64,000 nt of DNA from an uncultured Pseudobdellovibrionaceae bacterium (GTDB taxonomy: Bacteria > Bdellovibrionota > Bdellovibrionia > Bdellovibrionales > UBA1609): NCBI GenBank assembly GCA_963803705.1, contig CAWDNU010000004.1:64001-128000 (forward strand). The letters run 5' to 3'. How positions within the stretch are numbered: the stretch's first letter is position 1; every line of letters begins with the position of its first letter. Below the pieces are notes generated by a model. That model saw only the letters and a list, made by a program, of their open reading frames with translations. It was not told where the DNA came from and did no database searches. This document shows, piece by piece, positions 50,554 to 59,550 of this stretch. The position numbers and the translations under genes are program-made.

Positions 50554-51082
50554 TCACACCTTTAGAGGAGTCAGAACAAAATAAACAGCAATTGGGTTCT
50601 GTAAAAAAGCCTATTTTAGTCTTAATTAAACTAGGCTGCCGTTTATTGTCATTCCACCAAATCAAAAATACATGCCATAGAACCAGAAATTCTCTGAAAA
50701 ATAAACATGATTTTTTACAGCAGGGAGTACAGTTTTATAAAAATTACTAAGATATCTGAAAAAACTACCTAGATAAATCAATAAAAAAATGTGCCTAGCG
50801 ATGTTAAAATCGGTACGATGCAAGCTAAAGCGCTTAGACAGCATAACTACCTATACTTTAATGTTACTTTGTAATATTTACATGATTTTTGGATGGCATT
50901 TCTTAACAGTAATTTAACGAAAGGTGGACAAAGTGTAAGAAAATAAAATTGTGGGACAGCTAGTAAAGATTCATTTTTATACACTTAAAAGACAATAGCT
51001 ATTATTTTTACAAATAGCGCAAAGTGAATAAAATTAGATACACAACAAGTTTACTACTATAGGGCGGCTTGATCTTAAGTTC

Positions 51083-52420
51083 ATGAAAACAGATAACGAA
51101 ATTGAGGCTAATATGAATATATTTAATCCCGTTCGACATTTACCAAAATTTACCACCACTAATCCAAGTCAAGATACTCTTGTAATCTTCGGCGAGGTTT
51201 TTCAGCGGGGTTATGTTAACGGCATGATCGAAGAGGCCGAACGGCTTGGTATGAAGATTGTTTATTCAACCGTGGGCCGCAGGGACAGTAGTGGTGATTT
51301 AAGGCTTCTAACAGCAGATGAAATTACCGAAAAAAAACAAAGGCCTTTAGTTAATATTCCGTTAGAAGCAGGTTTTGATATGACTCCCTGGAAGGACGGA
51401 ACAACCTTAGTAGACAAGCTGTCACATTATAAAATGAGTCAGTGGAAAGACATTGAAATAGATTTAGTCGAACTTGAAAATGTCATTGAAAAGTCTAAAT
51501 TAGATTTTACAAAAAGAACGTCTGAATTTTTAGATCAGTTAGAAAAAGAATTGCCTTCGGATGGAAACATAGTTTTTGCACACACTATGGCCGGGGGTAT
51601 CCCTAGAGCTAAGATTGTGATGCCAACAATGAATAGGATTTTCAAAGGAAGTGGAGATCGATATCAGTCCTCTGAAGAGTTTGTGAATACAACTTTAGGT
51701 CAAATTTGTTTGAAATCTTTTGATGAAGTGACAGCAAGCACTTACGATATTTTAATTAATCAAACGGCTAAATTAAGACAGCAAAGACAGTCGAAAGGTT
51801 ATAAAGTTGGGTACACGGCCTTTGGTTACCATGGTACAGACGCTTTAGTGGGTGATGATTACATTTGGCAAAGCTACGCACCTTACTTGCAAGGGTGGGC
51901 AAAGCTTAAGCTTGAATCTTTCGCTGTAAAGCATTTTGAAAATAAAATTAACGCCAGCGTTTTTAACGCGCCTGAGATTTTGACGAATTCTAGCAGTGTT
52001 TTTCTTGGAGTAGAGGTCTGCTTATATCCATTATTAAGTGCTTTAAGAAAAGAGGGCCTACAGCCTACACATTCGATCTTTGAAGCCTGTCAGGCAAAAC
52101 TAAAGTCCCCTTTTAAGCTTCAAGATATTGAGTCTTACGTGCAAAACTATTTGAATTCTGACACCCTTAGCGCTCTTAAGGATTTTAAATCCTGGCCTCA
52201 CCATAATATGCCAAATCAAATGGAGAAGATGAAAGCAGCGTCTGCTGATTTGATCGGTATGCATTCAAATCCGAAAGATTTAATTACATCTAATTTAAGC
52301 GAAGTTGTTTTTAAAGCCTGTGGGTCGATAATGGTACAAAAAGTTTTAGATCGTAAAGCCCCAACATGGTGGGTTGGCCACGACATTGTTGCTAAATGGG
52401 CCGTCCAAAATTTAAATTAG
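51083..52420 (+). CDS. FabMG-type enoyl-ACP reductase
   Basis: FGEVFQRGYVNG, PLEAGFD, HTMAGGIPRAK, GYHGT and YAPYLQGWAK motifs recalled for the FabMG family. Confidence 0.75.
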   Translation: MKTDNEIEANMNIFNPVRHLPKFTTTNPSQDTLVIFGEVFQRGYVNGMIEEAERLGMKIVYSTVGRRDSSGDLRLLTADEITEKKQRPLVNIPLEAGFDMTPWKDGTTLVDKLSHYKMSQWKDIEIDLVELENVIEKSKLDFTKRTSEFLDQLEKELPSDGNIVFAHTMAGGIPRAKIVMPTMNRIFKGSGDRYQSSEEFVNTTLGQICLKSFDEVTASTYDILINQTAKLRQQRQSKGYKVGYTAFGYHGTDALVGDDYIWQSYAPYLQGWAKLKLESFAVKHFENKINASVFNAPEILTNSSSVFLGVEVCLYPLLSALRKEGLQPTHSIFEACQAKLKSPFKLQDIESYVQNYLNSDTLSALKDFKSWPHHNMPNQMEKMKAASADLIGMHSNPKDLITSNLSEVVFKACGSIMVQKVLDRKAPTWWVGHDIVAKWAVQNLN

Positions 52421-52438
52421 AGTGTTAACTCAACTTTA

Positions 52439-52635
52439 TTAATTGAAACTTATATATTATTTGAAGTCTACCTAGGATAAAAAGCTAGCAAGCTGCTGTC
52501 ACTCGCCTTGCAAAAAAGGAAGCCTAAACTTGAATGACTCAGTCAAGTTTAGGCTTCCTTTTAGCAAAGCTTTGCGCCACAGAGCTGGCTTTTTATCCTA
52601 GGTAGACTTCAAATAATATATAAGTTTTCAATTAA
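52439..52635. repeat. ~195-bp nested palindrome
   Basis: Outer ~50-bp arms (AATTGAAACTTATATATTATTTGAAGTCTACCTAGGATAAAAAGC and complement) plus inner ~25-bp arms (AAAAGGAAGCCTAAACTTGA and complement). Confidence 0.9.
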
Positions 52636-52662
52636 ATTTGATTAAAAACTTTTGTGGTTACT

Positions 52663-52761
52663 CGAGATTTTAGATTAGAAGGCATGGCTGATGTGAAAAT
52701 GAAAAAGACCCACTTCTTACAAGCGAGCCTTTAATCAGTTTCCTGTCGAGGAAACCAAGGG
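52663..52761 (-). repeat. 99-bp structured element, copy 1 (hairpin plus terminator)
   Basis: Gap-free alignment to 54259-54357, about 80% identical by manual count. Confidence 0.85.
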
Positions 52762-52852
52762 TCAAAAGCAGAGCTAGAAAAGCAATCAGATAGTTATTTG
52801 ATAAGTTCTACTTCTCTTTTATCACAAGCAAAAATAGGATGAGACCAAAATA

Positions 52853-53348
52853 TTATATCCAACGAGTTTTGATTTTATTGCATTGATTTTGACTAATATT
52901 CATACAGTCATAGAACTCTGAAAGAAAATTCCCTCGAATTTGATTGTGATCTTCATTTAATAAAACGTGTCCTAGTTCGTGACTAAGTACATCGTAATCA
53001 GGATCAGTAAGAGTCTCATAGGTTAGCGTGTACCTATTGATAATGATGGTATTCCTTTCTAAAACGCTTCTCGCATTAGTCTCAATAAGTGAATGAGCTG
53101 TTAACGTAGGTCCTCTTGTGTACAGATCACTGACATGTTTCTTCAACAAGAACATTTATTTTCACTTCAATCTCATTGGCCCCTGCATTATGAGTAAGTA
53201 TTCCTGAGAAGACCAGAATCATAAAGCTCTTAATTACAATCGAAATAGACTCGAAACATTTTTTTAGCAACATGGATTTAAGAGAAGCAAATTGTAGACC
53301 TAAAAACCAATCCTTAAAACAAATATACAGGTCGTAGAGCACATCCAA
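52853..53348 (-). pseudogene. Fragmented secreted zinc metallopeptidase-like gene
   Basis: Signal-like segment in one frame and HELGHVLLNEDH in another. Confidence 0.5.
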
Positions 53349-53539
53349 CCTGATCAGAAAATTTACAGGGTGACGATTTTAAGCCAAAAATTTGAATTTT
53401 CAAAAACTTTGGTCAGAAATTCAAAATTAAGGTTTGTTGACCAGAGCCAACAAAAAAGCCCCTGGCAGTATCCAAAGGCTCTATAAATTGATGTGATGTC
53501 TAAATTCTACCTGGTGTTTGGCGTACAGATTGAGTTTAT

Positions 53540-53995
53540 TCAATTTGAGAGCTTTTTATTGCCAGTCTTTGACAGCTTTGTCGATAGATTCATTCCACAC
53601 TCTTTATTTAAATGCGCATCTACTTCAGCTAAAGTCTCTACAATAATTTTTTTCTCACTGCTAGTTAGTGAATCATTCGAGTTGAATGAGTTGTCATAAA
53701 GATTCTCCCTACCTTTTAACTCTATTATTATTAAAGCGAAAAAGCCTTCAGCTCTGCTCGGGCTAGGAATGAGGTAGTCATAACGATACTCTGGAATGCA
53801 GCGAGTAAGTCCATCGGCAGTGATGTGGAGTTGTGTAATACATTGTCCGGTAAATTTTCTGAAGCCAACTCTCTTGAATTTGTATAGAGCCTGTTCAATA
53901 CACCCTATCTTAGGTATTTTTTTAATTGGCGATTCGTTAGCAATTCGTACTTTTTGAGGAGTAATACAGCCAGGCTGTAGACACAGCGACATCAA
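53540..53995 (-). CDS. Hypothetical protein, possible lipoprotein
   Basis: 151-aa ORF with LQPGC near the N-terminus; start uncertain. Confidence 0.5.
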   Translation of the reverse strand: MMSLCLQPGCITPQKVRIANESPIKKIPKIGCIEQALYKFKRVGFRKFTGQCITQLHITADGLTRCIPEYRYDYLIPSPSRAEGFFALIIIELKGRENLYDNSFNSNDSLTSSEKKIIVETLAEVDAHLNKECGMNLSTKLSKTGNKKLSN

Positions 53996-54258
53996 TATAA
54001 AAACATTTTTAATTTCTCGGTAAGTGATATTAACATACTGAAACCTTAGATCTTGAAAATTACTTTGTCCAAAACTAAATCTCTATAATGAAGGTCTCCA
54101 CGTGTTCTCAGATCCATTAAATGAGCCTCTAGGAGCTCTTTCTCGAAAATACGAGGTCTACGGAGAATTCTGGGCAAAAAGGCTGTAAATGGATTTTAAT
54201 GACTAAAATGTACAAGCTTTGTGAGAAGAGCCAAAAAATGTCATTTTTGCAGGGTTGG

Positions 54259-54357
54259 CGAGATTTTAGATTAGTCGGTATGTTTGATGCGAAAATAAAA
54301 AAGGTCCACTACTTAGTAGTGAACCTTTAATCAGCTTCCCGTCGAGAAAACTAAGGG
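54259..54357 (-). repeat. 99-bp structured element, copy 2 (hairpin plus terminator)
   Basis: Homologous to 52663-52761; contains AGGTTCACTAC-TAA-GTAGTGGACCT-T run on the minus strand. Confidence 0.85.
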
Positions 54358-54386
54358 GATTAAAAATACTCTTTGGTTTGTGGGTG

Positions 54387-55256
54387 CTACTGCAAAATGC
54401 GTTTTAATTCGAAACCCTCATTTTCTAACATTTTCAAAATTCCGTTTTCTCCATAAAGATGCCCCATACCAACTGTTACAAAAGCACTATTTTCAGAAAA
54501 AATTGTTGGTAACTGAGTCATCCAATATTTATTTCTAAAGATCATATCAGGGCCATCAGAATCAGTGAGGTCCTCGGGCGTAATAATACCTGAAAGATAA
54601 TTCTTAGCTAAGTCGAGAATTGAAAGTTGGATTCTCTTAATCTCATCATCTGAATAATACTCTAAAAGCTCTGAAACTAATAATGGCCCACCGGATAGAG
54701 TTTCAGCAGTTTCACGCACATCTTCATTTTCTAATTCTATCACTTTCTTACTGGCTACAATTGAATTCACCATAAGCTCGTGGTCGATACTCTTGTATGG
54801 CCTTTTAAACATACACTCAACACCAATTACAGGGGCTAAAGCATCGTTCACCATAAACCTATGAAAAAAACTAGGAACTCCAATACGTGCTAATTTACTG
54901 TAGTATTCAACAGGAACAGGGTTATTGTTTTCATAAGACCTGTTCTCAAAGCCTTCTGAAGTTCGGTACATCTCTTGTAAAATTCTGAGGTCAGCTGCAC
55001 TACTAAAATCAAACATTGAATCTGGCGGCTTTGGTATCATCTCATAAGCATGAGTATTAGTAGAGTCATGCAATGCTTTTACCAAAGGGGACAAATCAGA
55101 CACTTCAATACAAAAGTGTATGCTTCCCAAAATATAGTCTATGGACTCACCTTTCTTAACCTCCCATAGGTGAAGTTTGTTTTGAGCAGGTATTGTTTCA
55201 GCTAAAGAATTAGCTACAAAAAAAGATAAAATCAGTGTTGTAACCAAGAACTTCAT
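54387..55256 (-). CDS. TraB/GumN (Tiki-like) family protein
   Basis: Signal peptide; LWEV..YILGSIH, RNKYW and AFVTVGMGHLYGENG motifs; GGAGG RBS. Confidence 0.88.
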   Translation of the reverse strand: MKFLVTTLILSFFVANSLAETIPAQNKLHLWEVKKGESIDYILGSIHFCIEVSDLSPLVKALHDSTNTHAYEMIPKPPDSMFDFSSAADLRILQEMYRTSEGFENRSYENNNPVPVEYYSKLARIGVPSFFHRFMVNDALAPVIGVECMFKRPYKSIDHELMVNSIVASKKVIELENEDVRETAETLSGGPLLVSELLEYYSDDEIKRIQLSILDLAKNYLSGIITPEDLTDSDGPDMIFRNKYWMTQLPTIFSENSAFVTVGMGHLYGENGILKMLENEGFELKRILQ

Positions 55257-55620
55257 GTGTCCTCCCTATTACGGTTTATTGAAGGTCATATAACAATTTT
55301 TAAGTTCAGGAAAGACACTTTTCCCAATATAACCGAACTATACTATTTATTAAAACAGCAATTTTTGTACTCACTTAAACAATCTCAAAGATGGAACTAT
55401 TCATTAGATTTCAGATCAAAAATATATGATGCTTTGGGATCTAAATCAAAAAGACTAGGGTTTTAGTGAAGCCCGGTCAGGAAACCTAATATCTGAATTT
55501 ATGACCCCGGACTGTCAGGTTTTTATACACCCCGGTGACAAAAGACAATTTGTGGCATTTCACGGTCGATTCTGATTAAAAACTTTTGAGAAATTTTGTG
55601 ACCGGTTCTGTAAAATAAAT

Positions 55621-58080
55621 TCAGCGGTTAATGTTTACGTTGGTTCTATTGATGTCCAGTGGAGGGATTTTTTCACACACTCGCTCGGGAACTTCAACAT
55701 CAAAGACGTCCTGTTGCAGATATTCTTCCCAGGCCAAAGACAAGCCATGACAGTATCTAGAGCTGACTTCTGGAACCTCATTAGACATTAAAATACTATT
55801 AAAAATTTTGTAGATATCTATCCTAGTCAAAGGACGAATAGCTACGCCACGATCAGATGCTAGCCACCACAAGCCTTCTAAGGTTGTAGCAGGTGTTGGC
55901 GGTAATTTTTTGTAAATTAAAAGCTTTCTGAACAAGTGCTTCGCGCGAGCATCAGAAAGATCAACCCCATTTCTGAGCTTAGCAATCCTTTTCAATACAC
56001 TTTTAAATCTTTCATCGAAGGCTAAGCTAAGTTCGTCCAGCTCTAGCAAGTCGTTTCTGGACCTTTCAAAAAAGAAGTATGAGCTTTTTTCTACGTCGTA
56101 TCGTTCAAATAAAGCTTCTATATAGCCGAGTAAACTAACTGAATAAACTATTTCATCATATGTTACTGGCAGTTTTGGATCTGCACAGGTTCTAGTGACT
56201 TCAAATAGGTTAGTATAGAAGTCATCAACTTTGTCTTGTGATTCAATAAATTCAATCAAGTTTGGCATATGACTAAAATACTTACGATAGTTAACTAAAA
56301 TATGATTTCTTACGCAGTCTTTTTTTACGTACGGCTTTTTTTGAAATGTGCTAGTTCCTGGCAGTGCGCAGTCAGGTACAGCTGCAATATCATCAAACAA
56401 CTGACTAGCCACAGATCCAGAGGACGTTACTATAGCTAGCCATTCTAGGGCTTCATTAGCTTCTATTTTATCGTTACCATTAGCAGAATAAGTAAACAGA
56501 TTTGATTCTAAAAATGTTCTGCCCCCACCGTCACAAGAAAGCGGACTTCCCAAACCTTCAGAGATCGCAACACTGCGAATATCATTATAAAATCTTGCTG
56601 ATGTATTTTCCGAGACATGCTTTTTTTCATTTTGGCTTAACCTAGACTGTTTGCCATAGGTATCAAAAACAAAAAGAACCACATTTGTAAGCATAGTTTG
56701 ATAGAATTTAGAAGTCACAGAATCCATCTGGCTGGTCTTATCTGGCACTTGAAAATTAACTTTAAAATTTGAACTTGGGAAGGCCAAGTTGATACTAGAA
56801 GGACTTACAATATTAGTGTAAACACCTTTTCCTTCAATTTCGCTTTGAGAGTCAAAATCGACATCATTAAAAATTAAATTTTCATACTGCTCTCTTAAAT
56901 CCCAGTAACTGCTGTCTTCAAAAGAAGATATAAGACTCCACATCCATCTATTAAACATAAACTTAAATTGATTAATTTTTAAATTTGAAATGTGCCATTT
57001 TTTATTGCTGTCGTAGACAAATATGCTCTTACCTACATTTGATACGAATTCAGTGATCTGCTCAGGATCATTCATTCCATTAAGAAAAAAACCACTTTGA
57101 TTAAGGCTTACAACGAACCTTTCGATCAACTCTTGATCTAGGTTTAAGTTAGAATTCACGTTATGAGTGGTTTCGAAGGCTTGGATAACAGATCTAATTA
57201 AAGCCGAAATCGCAACACCCCCATACGGCCTGAAAATACTTTGATTTTTTTGCAAAATAGATTTTTTGACATAAGTCATAATTCTTAAGCCTTTCTCTGC
57301 AACATTAATCAGTTGAATCCAATTTTCTTGGTGCTGACTTGCTGGAAAACTGTAAAAAATATGAATCATTTCCTCAAGAAGTGGTTCGATATGCTTTAAG
57401 GATTCAATCCGGGTCAATTGATCTTTTAAATATTTGACTTCAAGCTTGTTAAGTTGACCACCGGAATTTTTAAGCTCTTCTAAAAAACTCATAAGTCTTT
57501 CTTCGAACTCTTCGTGCCCATTATCTAGCAACTTGAAATTATGATTTTTATCTTTGTAATAAGTTTTATCGTAAAAATAGTAATATTGAGTGTAAGGCTT
57601 GGAATTAACTAAATATCCTTCTAAAAGTGGAAGCATATTTTTTAATTTAGCCCACTCAGATCTAGAAAGAAAATCGACTTCGCCCCCAAGAAAAGCTCGC
57701 TTGATGATTAAAAATAATCTTGCGTACTTTTCACTATCTACGATGGACCCATCGCTTACCAGAAATGTTCTAAGTAAACTTTGAACCTCAACTCGGGAAT
57801 ACCCTCTATCTGGATTATTTTCCGTTGTCTTTCTCATAAAATCATCTATAGATTTCTTTGCACAGCTTAAAAAAACGCTGATATCACCTTCACTAATTTC
57901 TGACTTCAAGTAGCTTTCAAGGATTAAGCTAAAGTCAGTGAAACAGTTGCCAACCTGGTTTTTGATCTCTATCTGCTTAGGTTTAAGCTCGGTTTCGCCA
58001 GTCCACTTACAAGACGATAATGCCAAAGACATTACGAGCACTAAAGCTGTAGGAAAGCCTTTAAAGCTTCTAAAAGACAT
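55621..58080 (-). CDS. Large helical lipoprotein of unknown function, family B
   Basis: LSSC lipobox; FLGG, FLESNLF and EF-hand-like loops; paralogue of 59551-61749. Confidence 0.82.
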   Translation of the reverse strand: MSFRSFKGFPTALVLVMSLALSSCKWTGETELKPKQIEIKNQVGNCFTDFSLILESYLKSEISEGDISVFLSCAKKSIDDFMRKTTENNPDRGYSRVEVQSLLRTFLVSDGSIVDSEKYARLFLIIKRAFLGGEVDFLSRSEWAKLKNMLPLLEGYLVNSKPYTQYYYFYDKTYYKDKNHNFKLLDNGHEEFEERLMSFLEELKNSGGQLNKLEVKYLKDQLTRIESLKHIEPLLEEMIHIFYSFPASQHQENWIQLINVAEKGLRIMTYVKKSILQKNQSIFRPYGGVAISALIRSVIQAFETTHNVNSNLNLDQELIERFVVSLNQSGFFLNGMNDPEQITEFVSNVGKSIFVYDSNKKWHISNLKINQFKFMFNRWMWSLISSFEDSSYWDLREQYENLIFNDVDFDSQSEIEGKGVYTNIVSPSSINLAFPSSNFKVNFQVPDKTSQMDSVTSKFYQTMLTNVVLFVFDTYGKQSRLSQNEKKHVSENTSARFYNDIRSVAISEGLGSPLSCDGGGRTFLESNLFTYSANGNDKIEANEALEWLAIVTSSGSVASQLFDDIAAVPDCALPGTSTFQKKPYVKKDCVRNHILVNYRKYFSHMPNLIEFIESQDKVDDFYTNLFEVTRTCADPKLPVTYDEIVYSVSLLGYIEALFERYDVEKSSYFFFERSRNDLLELDELSLAFDERFKSVLKRIAKLRNGVDLSDARAKHLFRKLLIYKKLPPTPATTLEGLWWLASDRGVAIRPLTRIDIYKIFNSILMSNEVPEVSSRYCHGLSLAWEEYLQQDVFDVEVPERVCEKIPPLDINRTNVNINR

Positions 58081-59491
58081 AATTAATTCCTACAGTGAAC
58101 CTATCGTTACCTGCTTGCTGTGCCAGAAATCCATTGATTTCGGGATTGTCGGATCTGCCAATTAAATCATATTGAGAATAAACTTCTATTCTTTCTTTTG
58201 TCCTGTATGTTAATCTTGGTGAAGCTAAAAAAGAACTTTCATCAAGATCGTATTTAAAGTTAAAGCTCATATCAAATTTGCTTGGAAAAACAGTCATCGC
58301 TAATCTGGTTTCAACTGCATTTCTAAAGATGTAACTTGAAAAATCGAAACTATTTTGTTCATTTAATAAAGTACGTGAAGGATTTCTTAAATAAGACCCA
58401 CCGAATTTGAAATCAATCCGAGAAAACTTAATCTTAGAGTCAAAACCAATTGCTAAAAATGAATTATCAAAGATTACGGACTGGTAGATGTCAGAATTAT
58501 CAGTATCTGTAATATCTTGATGGCGCTCTGTAAATGCTTCACCCCAGACAACTGTGTTCTCATATTGTTTATTTAATTTTAAAGCGAGAATAGTTTTGGG
58601 AACTAAACGAGGAACGACGTTAGCTTCAATAAAGGAATTATTGTCGCTATTTACCCTAGCCTTGGGATCTACTTCTAAAAAAAATTGACTTGAGGGCATC
58701 ACCCCTCCGTGGAGTTCAAAATTCCAACCGTATACTTTTGTTTGAACAGCGCCAATCAAAGTGGTGTTGATCAAAAGATCAAATCTATTGTTGATATTCA
58801 AATTATAGCTTAATGGGACTATTTGCCCTTGGTAAATAACAGTTCTAGGCGCTTGGGTGAACCAATGACTACTGGAAACCACCTCGCCCTCTTGTATTTC
58901 GTATGCTGTGCCGGTGTCCGGAAAACTTAGTGGTGAAGCAAAGAGCGAAAATTTGACGCCACCTAACTCCGCCCACCCAGAGACTCCCGTTAAACCCTGG
59001 TGCAAAGGGATCAGGGGATCCCCTCTGAATTGCGGCTCGACGATTCCTAAACCCCAAATAGCATCCATATTTAGATTCGTCTGATAAAATCTTCCCGCTT
59101 TAATTCCAAACTTGGTACTAAGCCTTGGAAGATGACTTGTATACTCTGTTTTGAACTCTCTTACCCACAATTGAAGACCCTCTAGATCTGAGTACCTAGA
59201 GCCTAGATTCCAACTGGATTCAATGGCGTTAAACTCAAACTGTCTGGCTGATTCTAGAGCCACAAATAAATCTTGGTTTTTTTGTGGATTAGTATTTGAT
59301 ACAGATATAAAATTATCTAGACGGACCTGGGCAGCTTCACCTGATAATGAGTTTCTGGTTAAATACGAGCTTTGGTTTACTTTTACACCTTTAGCATAAA
59401 CAAATTCTGCACTAAAGCACATCGTAAGAAACACATTAAAAAAGATCCAGTCTAAGCGTCCCATCAGAGGCAAAGTTATACCATTTACCAC
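58070..59491 (-). CDS. Outer-membrane beta-barrel, family B
   Basis: Signal peptide, amphipathic strands, C-terminal DRFTVGINYVF beta-signal; paralogue of 61739-63091. Confidence 0.78.
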   Translation of the reverse strand: MVNGITLPLMGRLDWIFFNVFLTMCFSAEFVYAKGVKVNQSSYLTRNSLSGEAAQVRLDNFISVSNTNPQKNQDLFVALESARQFEFNAIESSWNLGSRYSDLEGLQLWVREFKTEYTSHLPRLSTKFGIKAGRFYQTNLNMDAIWGLGIVEPQFRGDPLIPLHQGLTGVSGWAELGGVKFSLFASPLSFPDTGTAYEIQEGEVVSSSHWFTQAPRTVIYQGQIVPLSYNLNINNRFDLLINTTLIGAVQTKVYGWNFELHGGVMPSSQFFLEVDPKARVNSDNNSFIEANVVPRLVPKTILALKLNKQYENTVVWGEAFTERHQDITDTDNSDIYQSVIFDNSFLAIGFDSKIKFSRIDFKFGGSYLRNPSRTLLNEQNSFDFSSYIFRNAVETRLAMTVFPSKFDMSFNFKYDLDESSFLASPRLTYRTKERIEVYSQYDLIGRSDNPEINGFLAQQAGNDRFTVGINYVF

Positions 59492-59505
59492 GAATTTATA
59501 CTTAG

Positions 59506-59533
59506 AAAAATAACCCCATTTTGGGTTATTTTT
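59506..59533. terminator. Hairpin between the two family-B modules
   Basis: AAAAATAACCC-CATTTT-GGGTTATTTTT. Confidence 0.65.
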
Positions 59534-59550
59534 GTGTTAAATTGTAAAAG

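Noticed and set aside
52663..54357. Integron attC cassette array
   Set aside because: Repeats lack clear RYYYAAC/GTTRRRY cores and a single long attC stem; no integron integrase is present
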